Shown piece by piece: positions 48,709 to 57,448 of a stretch of 64,000 nucleotides of DNA. Positions within the stretch are counted from its first letter, which is position 1; each line of letters begins with the position of its first letter. The translations under genes were made by a program, and so were the position numbers. The notes below the pieces were generated by a model. That model ran no database searches and was not told the origin of the DNA. It worked only from the letters and a program-made list of their open reading frames with translations. The stretch is from Candidatus Eiseniibacteriota bacterium (lineage in GTDB: Bacteria; Eisenbacteria; RBG-16-71-46; JABDJR01): assembly GCA_963783375.1 (NCBI GenBank), contig CAWANH010000028.1, positions 1,088,001 to 1,152,000 of the forward strand. Direction: 5' to 3'.

Positions 48709-49716
48709 TTGAATTCGCCGATGCTGATCCTGCCCTTCTTGACCGCAATGATTCTCGCAGCCGCTCCCGCGCCCTCGCGCGCCGTGGCGGCTCCGGCCCC
48801 GGACCGGCCGTTTCCCCTCCTGGTCGGGGATCCCGCCCCGCCTCTCACCGTGAGCGGGTGGGTGAAGGGGGAGCCGGTGGAGCACTTCGAGCCCGGTCAC
48901 GTCTACGTGGTGGATCTCTGGGCGAGCTGGTGCGGCCCCTGCATCGCCGCGTTTCCGCATCTCTCCGCCCTCCAGGAGAAGTTCTCCAGGAGCGTCACCC
49001 TGGTGAGCGTGAACGTGCTGGAGGTCCATCCGGAGGCGGTGCCCGACTTCGTCCGGAAGCAGGGTGAGAAGATGGCGTTCGCGGTGGCGACGGACTCCAT
49101 CCCCGACGGGAAGGAACCCAACCAGGGCCTCACGGCCACGCGATGGCTCTACGGGGCGGGGGAGGAGGGCATCCCCACCACCTACATCATCGACCGGGAC
49201 GGCCGGCTGGCCTGGGAAGGCCATCCTGACTTCATGGACGGCGTCCTGGCCTCGGTGGTGGGCGGGACCTGGAACCTGGCGAGCTGGACGACGAAGTCGA
49301 TCGAGGAGAAGCGGCAGCTGGCCCCGGGCTTCTACCTCAAGCGACACCTGGAGGACGCGGTCGACGGAGCCGACTGGGACCGGGCCTGGGCCGCGGCCGA
49401 GAGCCTCGCCGTCCTCGACGGAGGGATGCACGCCCCCGACGTGGCGAATCTTCTGGCCTTGGCCGCCTCCAAGCTCCTGAACCGGGAGACGCTCTCCGCC
49501 GACGACGGGAAGCTGGCGCTCCGCTTCGCCGCCCGGGGAAACGATCTCACCGGCGGGGCGAATCCCTGGAACCTCGGCGTCCTGGGACGGGTTCATGCCC
49601 GGCTCGGTCACGCGGACCAGGCGGACTCCCTGATTCAGCGGGCTCTCGCCGCCGCGCCGGTCCAGCAGAAGGACTACTACCGGAAGCTCCTCGACGAGGT
49701 GAAGGCCGGGAACTGA
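48709..49716 (+). CDS. TlpA-like thiol-disulfide oxidoreductase with helical C-terminal extension
   Basis: Signal peptide; 'WASWCGPC', 'GIPTTYIIDRDG'; start TTG 48709 or ATG 48721. Confidence 0.88.
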   Translation: MNSPMLILPFLTAMILAAAPAPSRAVAAPAPDRPFPLLVGDPAPPLTVSGWVKGEPVEHFEPGHVYVVDLWASWCGPCIAAFPHLSALQEKFSRSVTLVSVNVLEVHPEAVPDFVRKQGEKMAFAVATDSIPDGKEPNQGLTATRWLYGAGEEGIPTTYIIDRDGRLAWEGHPDFMDGVLASVVGGTWNLASWTTKSIEEKRQLAPGFYLKRHLEDAVDGADWDRAWAAAESLAVLDGGMHAPDVANLLALAASKLLNRETLSADDGKLALRFAARGNDLTGGANPWNLGVLGRVHARLGHADQADSLIQRALAAAPVQQKDYYRKLLDEVKAGN

Positions 49717-49750
49717 GAGCGGGGCGGGCGGGGCTCCCGGGTTCGAGCGC

Positions 49751-49998
49751 GAAGTTCACCCGGGTGAACTCGCGCGGTTGTGGGTTCGGAGCTGGGCCCG
49801 AAGTTCACCCGGAGGCGCAAACAGCGCCGCGAGTTCTTTATTGCGAACATGTTGCACTCGGGTGCAAGTGGGCCCGCGGCCGATGGATACCCGGGTACAC
49901 CTTCCGCCGTCGCGCGCAGGTGGCCGTCCCGGAATTCACCCGGGTGAACACGCGCGGTTGTGGGTACGGAACCCATCCCGAAGTTCACCCGGGTGAAC
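49751..49998. repeat. REP-like palindrome cluster (TTCACCCGGGTGAA) inside a ~62-bp direct repeat of period 180
   Basis: Palindromes at 49753-49770, 49935-49948 and 49983-49998; half copy at 49802; lies between convergent genes. Confidence 0.8.
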
Positions 49999-50099
49999 GC
50001 GGTTCGCAGTGAATCGGCGGACACTCCGGCCGGCGGCGCGTGGATAGGGGCGCGAGCGACCGCCCGGGCGCTCACCCCGGCTTCGTGGCTGCCTGAGGG

Positions 50100-52208
50100 T
50101 TACCGGAGCCGGACGATCCGCGCGGTCCCCGTCCGGTCCCCGTCCCGGACCAGGGCAAAGTAGACGCCCTGGGCGGCGGGGAGCCCCTGAAGGTCGGTGC
50201 CGCCCCATTCCACCGACGCACTGCGGCCTCCTGTGGGTGGGAGCGTGCGTTCCCACACCAAGCGCCCGTCTACCGAGAACACCCGCACCTCGGCGGGGAA
50301 GACCCCTGATGACTCCCAGGTGATCCGGCTCGGACCGGCGGTGGGGTTGGGTCCCACCGTGAGCGCCAACCCGTGCCGCGTCCCCGACCGGGCCGCGATC
50401 GCCAGGCCGGCGGCCAGCGCGCCCTGGATGTCCAGCCGGCCCGCCCCCCAGAGATCGCGGTCGGTGGTGGTGCTGTCCCGACCGGCGCCCTTGGTGAGCA
50501 GGGTGCGGAAGAGGCCGGAGTCCATGTCTGGGAAGGCCTGCTTGAGAAGCGCGGCCGCGCCGCCCACGAATGGGACCGAGGCGCTGGTGCCGCTGAAGGG
50601 GGCGAAGGCGACTTGGTGGGCGGAATCGGGAGGCGCGGCGGGGGCCAGAATCCGGATCCCCGGGGCGGCGATGTCCAGCACCGGGTAGCCGTCGATCCGG
50701 GGCCCGGACCCGCTGAACCACGCCACGTCGTCGTTGAGATCGCTGTCCCAGTCAGCCACGGTGATGGCGGAGTCGGCCAGGCCCAGACCTTGCACGGTGT
50801 ACCTGCCGTCGTCGTCCGGCCATCCGAGCGTATCGGTGGGCAGCTCCACGAAGGCGTACCCGTGGATCGTGCGCGCTTCGCCGGGGAAAGAGAAGACCCA
50901 CCGCGCTCCGTTCCGTCCGGACTGTGGGACGGCCAGTGGAATGAGATTGAGCCAAGTCCCTCCTCGGAAGGCATCGTACACACTCACCAGGAAATCAAAA
51001 CCGTCCCGATCGTACTCGCCGTCCACGATCGGCAGAGTCATTTCCCTTCCGAGCGGGTTTTCGAGGTGAAGCAACCGAGGAGGGTCCCCGATCCAGGTGA
51101 ATCTGGGAAGGGATCCGTCCGAGAGGTACACGCGGGGCTCTCCACCAGCCAGCAAGACGTGCTGCAGCCTACCGCGACCGTTGCCGGCGGCGGCGATGAA
51201 GATCAGACCTTCCCGGGAGCGCTCATCGATGAGGGACTCGTCCCAGCCGGAGCCGTTCCCGGGCAAACCGCCCCCGTATTCATCGATGACGATGCCGGCT
51301 CCCTCGCTCCGGGCCCATGGGAGATCCTGGATCCGGTGTTCCATGAAGATCACCAGGTCCGCATCCGGGGCAATCCCGGTCAGCTTGTGCCTTCCCGGCC
51401 AGCCCCCGGCGAGGATCCCGCAGACCGGTGTGCAGTGCCATCTCCCGGGTCCCGGCATGTGTCCCACCAGGTTCTCACCCCGGCGGTACACCGTAGCTTC
51501 CCTGCGAATGGCCCGGACCTTGGATGTTCCCAGCCCGATGAGCACCTCACCCGGGTCGAGCCGGTCGTTCTCGTCGGCGTCGTCCATGATGAAGAGGCGT
51601 TCCCCGTAGGACGGATCCTGTTCCCCGAACCGCGGGGGCCCGTACTCGCGCGCCCCATCGCCGTCCTGGTCCTGGAACAGGAAGTCGTAGCCCGCCTGGA
51701 ACCTCGTAGTGTCACGGTCGGGAGCGGTGATGCCCTCGCTCTGGATCCAGCCCAGGGTCTCGTCCGGGTCCTTGACCCCGTTCCCGTTCAGATCGACCGC
51801 GTCGCCGGGGCTGAAATCACCGCTCCGGTCCACGTCCAGCCAAACGAAGGTGCCCCCGTCGTCCTTCAAGAGCATGGGTTGGTAGACGTCGACGTCGCCG
51901 TCGAACACGGCGACAACGACGCCCTTTCCGGTGAGCGGAGTCCCGTGCGCATCGAGAGCCTTCCATACGGACTCCGCCCCAACCCGCTCACGGGCGCGGT
52001 AGAGGTTCCGCTGGAGTTCCGGGGGATCGCCCCGTCGGTCGGCGCCCGCGGCGTCCGGCCCCGACCGCCGCCAGGGACTGGGCGGGAACCCGTGGAACGC
52101 GCCGGGAGAGGCCCGGAAGCCGACGGACGCGGCGCGGATGGGCTGCGACCGCGTCGATCCCGGGAAAAGGATCAGCAGCGCGGCCGCGAGGCTCGCGGCC
52201 ACGTGCAT
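50100..52208 (-). CDS. Secreted S8 (subtilase) peptidase with DxDxDG-rich insertion and FlgD-Ig C-terminal domain
   Basis: 'VAVFDGD', 'HCTPVCGILAG', 'AAAGN', 'FSGTSASVP'; C-terminal 'GPNP...DGRLV...WGG...GVYF'. Confidence 0.85.
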   Translation of the reverse strand: MHVAASLAAALLILFPGSTRSQPIRAASVGFRASPGAFHGFPPSPWRRSGPDAAGADRRGDPPELQRNLYRARERVGAESVWKALDAHGTPLTGKGVVVAVFDGDVDVYQPMLLKDDGGTFVWLDVDRSGDFSPGDAVDLNGNGVKDPDETLGWIQSEGITAPDRDTTRFQAGYDFLFQDQDGDGAREYGPPRFGEQDPSYGERLFIMDDADENDRLDPGEVLIGLGTSKVRAIRREATVYRRGENLVGHMPGPGRWHCTPVCGILAGGWPGRHKLTGIAPDADLVIFMEHRIQDLPWARSEGAGIVIDEYGGGLPGNGSGWDESLIDERSREGLIFIAAAGNGRGRLQHVLLAGGEPRVYLSDGSLPRFTWIGDPPRLLHLENPLGREMTLPIVDGEYDRDGFDFLVSVYDAFRGGTWLNLIPLAVPQSGRNGARWVFSFPGEARTIHGYAFVELPTDTLGWPDDDGRYTVQGLGLADSAITVADWDSDLNDDVAWFSGSGPRIDGYPVLDIAAPGIRILAPAAPPDSAHQVAFAPFSGTSASVPFVGGAAALLKQAFPDMDSGLFRTLLTKGAGRDSTTTDRDLWGAGRLDIQGALAAGLAIAARSGTRHGLALTVGPNPTAGPSRITWESSGVFPAEVRVFSVDGRLVWERTLPPTGGRSASVEWGGTDLQGLPAAQGVYFALVRDGDRTGTARIVRLR

Positions 52209-52345
52209 GCGGCTTGCCCTGTTCACGGCATGGGTTCCCCTTCGCGCCGTGACCCGCGCCGGGGCCTCGAACCGGTGCGGCGACCCCGAAACAGCCCGCA
52301 GCCCCGGGGCCCCCGCAAGGAGCCCCGGACTCACGACGATCCCTG

Positions 52346-53944
52346 CTACGCCGTCGCGGCCGGCGGCGGACTCTTCCTCACCATCGCGAAGATCCACCGC
52401 CCGTACAGGTAGATCCCCAGCGCGGAGAGGATCCCGATCACCCCCATGATATCCCACACCATACCGACGTTGTGCGAGTCGTGGAGGATCCGGGTCAGTT
52501 GCTCCGGGCTCTGTCCGGTGAAGTCCACCAGCTTCTGGAAGGCCTCCCCCTGGGGGATCTTGCTCACCAGATCGGGGACCATTCCCTTCTGGAGCAGGAG
52601 CTCCCGGGCGAATCGGTCCTTGGAGGCGAAGACGTCGTAGAGCTGGGGCCCGAGCTTCCCCTCCAGGGTCCAGCCGACGGCGAGGGGGATCTGGGAGAAG
52701 CCCAGGTACATGGCCTTCTTGTCCGCGGGGGCGAAGTTTCCGATGAACTCGCTGAACTTGGGGCTCGAGAGCATCTCGCCCACGGAGAAGATGGCGATCC
52801 CGAAGAGCGTGACCCAGCCCGAGGTGGAATGGCCGGAGACGAACAGCGCGGTGGCCGCGAAGAGCGTCCCGATGGTCATGCTGGTGGTGGCGCGGAGCTT
52901 TCCCCCCAGGTAGGCGAAGAGGAAGGCGGTGGTCATGATGAGCCCGGCGTTCAGGTTCACCATGCCCTCGGGCTGGATGGCCGTCCCCGAGGGGTTCATG
53001 ACCACGAAGAACTTGATGAACGGGTTGGTGGTCCCCCCCGAGCCGAAGAGCGAGTGGACGATGTCCGAGGTGTTGACCCAGTCGTCGATGTGGGCGGGGA
53101 GAACGTCGAAGAGGGCGTTGAACATGAACCAGAACCCGGAGAAGATGGCGAGGTAGCTCCAGACGTGGGGCTTCTTGAGCTCGTGGAGGGACTCGACGAA
53201 CAGGCTGGCCCGCTTCACCTCCCCGCTCTTCACCCGCCGGTTCCGCTCCAGCCGCTCTTCCTTCCCCACCTCCTTGTAGGTGAGGAGCAACAGGAAGTTG
53301 AGGCAGATGATCGCCGCGCAGGCGAAGAACACGTTGTGCCAGGCCATCTTTCGCATGAGCCCGGCCACCAGGGGGCCGATGAACCCGCCGATGTTCACGG
53401 TCTGATAGAAGACCCCCCAGGCCACCGAGCTGTTCGTGCGGTCCGTGGTCTTGACCAGGGTCCCCTGGATGCCCGGCTTGAAGATCGCGGTGCCGGTGGC
53501 CAGGAGCAGGGCGCCGGCGAAGAAGCCCTGGTAGGTCCCGAAAAAGCCCATCACCAGGTAGCCCGAGATCTTCACGATGGTGGAGACGAAGATCGTCTCC
53601 TTGTATCCGTAGCGATCGGAAAGGCCCCCGGTGAAGACGGGGACGATGGTCTGGACCAGGGCCCAGGTCATGAGGATGGTGCCGAAGGCGGACATGGTGA
53701 TCCCGAGCCCGCCCGCCGATTTGGGATCCTTGGCGTAGAGGGTGGCCACCGCCTTCACCCCGTAGTAAGCCAGCCGCTCCACCATCTCCATCGCCCCGAC
53801 GATCCAGAAGACGTAGCCGAGGCTGGCCAGAGCCGCGGCCAGGCCGAGCTGCTTGACGTCGGCGAGCTGGGAGAACTCCTCGGCCTGAGCGGGAATCTTG
53901 GGGTAGACGTCGACGGTCTTCGGCTTGGACGTTGCCTTTTTCAC
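52346..53944 (-). CDS. MFS transporter (POT/PTR-like)
   Basis: 'EMVERLAYYG', 'GGLSDRYG', 'IFKPG', 'FYQTVNIG'. Confidence 0.9.
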   Translation of the reverse strand: MKKATSKPKTVDVYPKIPAQAEEFSQLADVKQLGLAAALASLGYVFWIVGAMEMVERLAYYGVKAVATLYAKDPKSAGGLGITMSAFGTILMTWALVQTIVPVFTGGLSDRYGYKETIFVSTIVKISGYLVMGFFGTYQGFFAGALLLATGTAIFKPGIQGTLVKTTDRTNSSVAWGVFYQTVNIGGFIGPLVAGLMRKMAWHNVFFACAAIICLNFLLLLTYKEVGKEERLERNRRVKSGEVKRASLFVESLHELKKPHVWSYLAIFSGFWFMFNALFDVLPAHIDDWVNTSDIVHSLFGSGGTTNPFIKFFVVMNPSGTAIQPEGMVNLNAGLIMTTAFLFAYLGGKLRATTSMTIGTLFAATALFVSGHSTSGWVTLFGIAIFSVGEMLSSPKFSEFIGNFAPADKKAMYLGFSQIPLAVGWTLEGKLGPQLYDVFASKDRFARELLLQKGMVPDLVSKIPQGEAFQKLVDFTGQSPEQLTRILHDSHNVGMVWDIMGVIGILSALGIYLYGRWIFAMVRKSPPPAATA

Positions 53945-54207
53945 CTGGGTCCCCTTCCCGGCGGGAGGTGGAGTTTTCGGTTGTCGGCGAGAGGGACCGA
54001 GGGGGGTTCAAGCGGCCAGGAGAATGCCACAAGTCGCCCCCGGTTTGGAAGCTGAATCGGCCCGCCCCTGCCGGGAAACGGCCCGGGAAGCGGTCCCGTC
54101 CGGGTGAACGTGCAAGAATGGAGGAGAGCCGGCCGGCGGCGCGGCGCGCCCCGGATCGGAGTAGGACTCATTGAGAGACAATCACTTCGACGGAAAGGAG
54201 TCTGTTC

Positions 54208-54990
54208 ATGGAGATCCGGCTTGCCGGAAAGCGCGCCCTGGTCACGGGGGCCAACTCCGGAATCGGGAAGGCCATCGCCCTGGCCCTGGGCGAAGCCGGG
54301 GCCGATGTGGCGGTGAACTACGTCGTCCACCCCGGGGACGCGGAGTCCGTGGCCGAGGCGGTTCGGAAGTCCGGCCCCCGCGCCCTGGCGGTGAAGGCGG
54401 ACGTCTCCGACCCCGCCCAGGTCGAGGCCATGTTCGCCCGAGTGGAAGAGGAATGGGGCGGGGTGGACATCCTGGTGAACAACGCGGGGGTCGATGGGAA
54501 GCGGGCGCTCACGTGGGAGATCGAGGTGGACGACTGGCGGAAGGTGATCGAGATCGATCTCCTGGGGCCGTTCCACTGCGCCCGCCGGGCCCTGGGACCG
54601 ATGGTGGAGCGGAAGAGCGGCGTGGTGCTCAACATGACCTCGGTGCACGAGGTCATCCCCTGGGAAGGCTACGGCGCCTACGCCGCGGCCAAGGCGGGGC
54701 TCGGGATGCTCACCAAGACCATGGCCCAGGAGGCGGCCCAGCACGGGGTGCGCGTGCTGGCCCTGGCCCCGGGGGCGATCAAGACCGCCATCAACCGGAA
54801 CGTGTGGGACGACAAGGAGGGACTGAAGGACCTCCTGACCAAGATTCCCCTGGAGCGGATGGGGGAAACCGCGGAGATCGCCCGGATGGCCGTCGTCCTC
54901 TGCTCCGAGGCCGCGTCCTATCTCCTGGGGACCACGGTCGTGGTGGACGGGGGCATGACCCTCTACCCGAGTTTCGAGCACGGGGGCTGA
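54208..54990 (+). CDS. SDR oxidoreductase (glucose 1-dehydrogenase-like)
   Basis: 'TGANSGIG', 'NNAG', 'SVHEVIPW', YxxxK. Confidence 0.92.
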   Translation: MEIRLAGKRALVTGANSGIGKAIALALGEAGADVAVNYVVHPGDAESVAEAVRKSGPRALAVKADVSDPAQVEAMFARVEEEWGGVDILVNNAGVDGKRALTWEIEVDDWRKVIEIDLLGPFHCARRALGPMVERKSGVVLNMTSVHEVIPWEGYGAYAAAKAGLGMLTKTMAQEAAQHGVRVLALAPGAIKTAINRNVWDDKEGLKDLLTKIPLERMGETAEIARMAVVLCSEAASYLLGTTVVVDGGMTLYPSFEHGG

Positions 54991-55124
54991 GAGCGGCGAT
55001 CGCGGGGTCGACGGCCCCGCCCCGGTCCGGCGAACCCCCGCCGCCGCCCGGAGCGCCGAAACGCGGGGCGGTCCGCGACGCTTCCGCCGCGGACCGCCCC
55101 TATTCCGTCGCCGCCGGGTGAACT

Positions 55125-55676
55125 TCAGCCCTTGGTGGGCACGAAATAGACGTCGGTCGGCTTGAGCTTGCTGTTTCGAAGGAAGCGCGGCTTCACCGCC
55201 ATCCCGATCCAGTCCAGGGAGGCCTTGTCGGGGTCCATGCCCAGGATCCGGGTGAGAAGCAGGGTGTCCACGCCATCGAACTCCACCAGGGCCAGGACGA
55301 ACGGCGTCTCGGGGAGGAACTCCTCGGATCCGAAGTGACACACGGTGAACGCGTGCACCTTGGCCGCCCGCTCGGTGATGTCGATCCACTCGGTCTCCGC
55401 GCCGGTCTGCATGTCGTTTCCACGCGGGTTGGCGTAGGTGTAGCCGGTCTCCGGGTCCCGGGAGGCCAGGAGGTGCTTGTTGGTGAGCCCGGCGAACCAG
55501 GGGCTGTCCTGACCGTAGGAGTGGAGATAGGCGATCTTGTACTCCTGCTCGATCTGGATGGGACTCATCCGCTTCAGGAAGGCGAGGCTTTCCGGGTCGG
55601 TTTCGACCGGAAAGGGAATGCCGTGGACGATGTAGCCACCCAGGGTCTCGTCGCGGCGATTCGGTTGTTTGGCCAT
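55125..55676 (-). CDS. DUF35 (Zn-ribbon/OB-fold) protein lacking the zinc cysteines
   Basis: OB part 'FTVCH...PFVLALVEFDG'; directly downstream of the thiolase-fold gene. Confidence 0.85.
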   Translation of the reverse strand: MAKQPNRRDETLGGYIVHGIPFPVETDPESLAFLKRMSPIQIEQEYKIAYLHSYGQDSPWFAGLTNKHLLASRDPETGYTYANPRGNDMQTGAETEWIDITERAAKVHAFTVCHFGSEEFLPETPFVLALVEFDGVDTLLLTRILGMDPDKASLDWIGMAVKPRFLRNSKLKPTDVYFVPTKG

Positions 55677-55741
55677 GGAGAACTCCTTTCAATCACCCCG
55701 CGGCGCGTGGCCGGCGGGGCTCCGAACCTGGTCGCGCGAGA

Positions 55742-57106
55742 TCAGGCCTCGCGTTCGAGAATGCTCACCGAGACGTAGGTGCCGGTGCCGGCGTGGGAAT
55801 GGATGGCTCCCTTCTTCGCGTCCTTCACCTGCAGGGTGCCGTCGCCGAAGTGCTTGGCGATCGATCCCTGGAGCTGCCAGGTCGCGAAGACCGCCTGCAT
55901 GAGCCCGGTGGCTCCCACCGGATGGCCGCAGGCGATCAGCCCGCCGGAAGGGTTCACCGGGCAGACCGGCTTCTCCTTCAGGTTCAGCCCGTACTCCACG
56001 CCGGGCATGAACGCCTTCCCCGAGGCGGCGAAGGGGCCGCCCTCACCGTAGCGGCAGAGGCCCATGTCCTCGTAGGTCTGGATCTCGCTCGACGTGTAGG
56101 CGTCGTGGAGCTCCACGAAGTCCAGCTCGGCCAGCGGGTCGGCGATCTTCGCCGTCTTGTAGGCCATGTTTCCCGCGGTGCGCCCGGCCCGGAAGGAATG
56201 CACTCCCGGATAGCGGGTTCCCTTCTCCCACAGCTGGGCGTAGTAGGCCCGGGTTTCGTCCGAGTCCTTCTCCATGGGGGTGGCGTAGTCCCGCATGAAG
56301 GTGTCGTAGTCCACGTGGGGCCGGTCGGCCATGCGCATGGCGTCGGTGCCCCGGCCGATTCCCGTGACCTTGACCAGCGGTCGCGGAACCTTGGCTCCCG
56401 CCGCCTCGAGCTTCTTGATCCCCTCCTCGGACGCGAGGATGGTGGCGGCGGCGCCGTCCGACATCACGCAGATGTCGAGCCGGGTCATCGGCCAGGCCAC
56501 CATGGGCGAGTTCCGGACGTCGGCCACCGAGTAGCGGTTCCGCTTCTGGGCGTAGGGATTGTGGTAGGCGTTCAGGTGGTTCTTCACGCTGACGTGGGCC
56601 ATCTGCTCCACGGTGGTTCCGAACTCCTTCATGTGGCGGGTCACCATCATGGCGTAGTAGCCGGAGTAGAAGCCTCCCACCGGGTAATCGAAGGACACGT
56701 CCGAGGCCAGGGCGATGAACTCGTTTCCCTTCCAGGTCTCGACGTGGCTCATGTTCTCGAAGCCGTAGGCCACGCAGACGTCCATATGCCCGCTGGCCAC
56801 CGACTTCCAGGCCTCCTGGAAGCAGAGCCCCCCGGTCGCCCCGCCGCCCTCGACCCGGTGGCCGGGTTTGGGGCAGAGGCCGAGGTAGTCCTGGACCATG
56901 ATCCCGGCCATGAGCTGGCGGCTGAAGTGGTCGGAGAAGTACGAGGCCACCGAACCGTCGACGACCTCGGTGAACGTGGGGAAGTCGGTGCCGAGGTCCT
57001 CGATCGCGTAGTCGTAGGCCTCCTTCACCACGGCTTGGAACGTCTTGTCGGGACGAGCCTTCGCGAACTTGGAGACTCCTCCCGAAACGGCATAGACGGG
57101 TCGCAT
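55742..57106 (-). CDS. Thiolase-fold protein (SCP2/Ltp2-like) lacking the nucleophilic Cys
   Basis: 'RVEGGGATGG', 'SDGAAA', 'ELHDAY', 'VNPSGGL..GHPVGATG'. Confidence 0.9.
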   Translation of the reverse strand: MRPVYAVSGGVSKFAKARPDKTFQAVVKEAYDYAIEDLGTDFPTFTEVVDGSVASYFSDHFSRQLMAGIMVQDYLGLCPKPGHRVEGGGATGGLCFQEAWKSVASGHMDVCVAYGFENMSHVETWKGNEFIALASDVSFDYPVGGFYSGYYAMMVTRHMKEFGTTVEQMAHVSVKNHLNAYHNPYAQKRNRYSVADVRNSPMVAWPMTRLDICVMSDGAAATILASEEGIKKLEAAGAKVPRPLVKVTGIGRGTDAMRMADRPHVDYDTFMRDYATPMEKDSDETRAYYAQLWEKGTRYPGVHSFRAGRTAGNMAYKTAKIADPLAELDFVELHDAYTSSEIQTYEDMGLCRYGEGGPFAASGKAFMPGVEYGLNLKEKPVCPVNPSGGLIACGHPVGATGLMQAVFATWQLQGSIAKHFGDGTLQVKDAKKGAIHSHAGTGTYVSVSILEREA

Positions 57107-57241
57107 GCTGGGTCCCTTTCCTTGGAAAAGACGGGCGGAAGGGTTTGGATAATCGGGTTGGATTCTACGGAACCGGCGCCGGCCGCGAAAGCGGACAACT
57201 GGAGTTCGAGATTCGGTATAGGCGACAAATTCACTACGAAA

Positions 57242-57270
57242 GCGGTCGGGTTCCGGCGGAATCCGACCGC
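57242..57270. repeat. Near-perfect inverted repeat in a divergent promoter region
   Basis: GCGGTCGGGTTCCG-G-CGGAATCCGACCGC (14-bp arms, one mismatch). Confidence 0.75.
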
Positions 57271-57448
57271 AAGGGTACTGTGAATTTTGACCCAAATCGA
57301 ATAGATAAAACAGTTATCCATGAACGGGATGCAGGATGGGAGCCCGGGCCAACTAGAATTACCGGAGCAACTTGGGTTCGCAACGAGCTCCAGCCCCCGG
57401 GTCTGATCGGGGACGGGTGAGGGGGGTTCGTCACCAGGAGGTTCCGGA

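Noticed and set aside
49751-49998. Palindromic repeats as a mini CRISPR array
   Set aside because: Irregular spacing, the intervening sequence is itself duplicated, and no cas genes are present
44337-54032. ORF-track products of 1212 aa (44337..47975) and 1310 aa (50100..54032) as fusion proteins
   Set aside because: Their N-terminal parts are out-of-frame read-through over the VIT1 and MFS genes; plausible starts with signal peptides are at 45762 and about 52208
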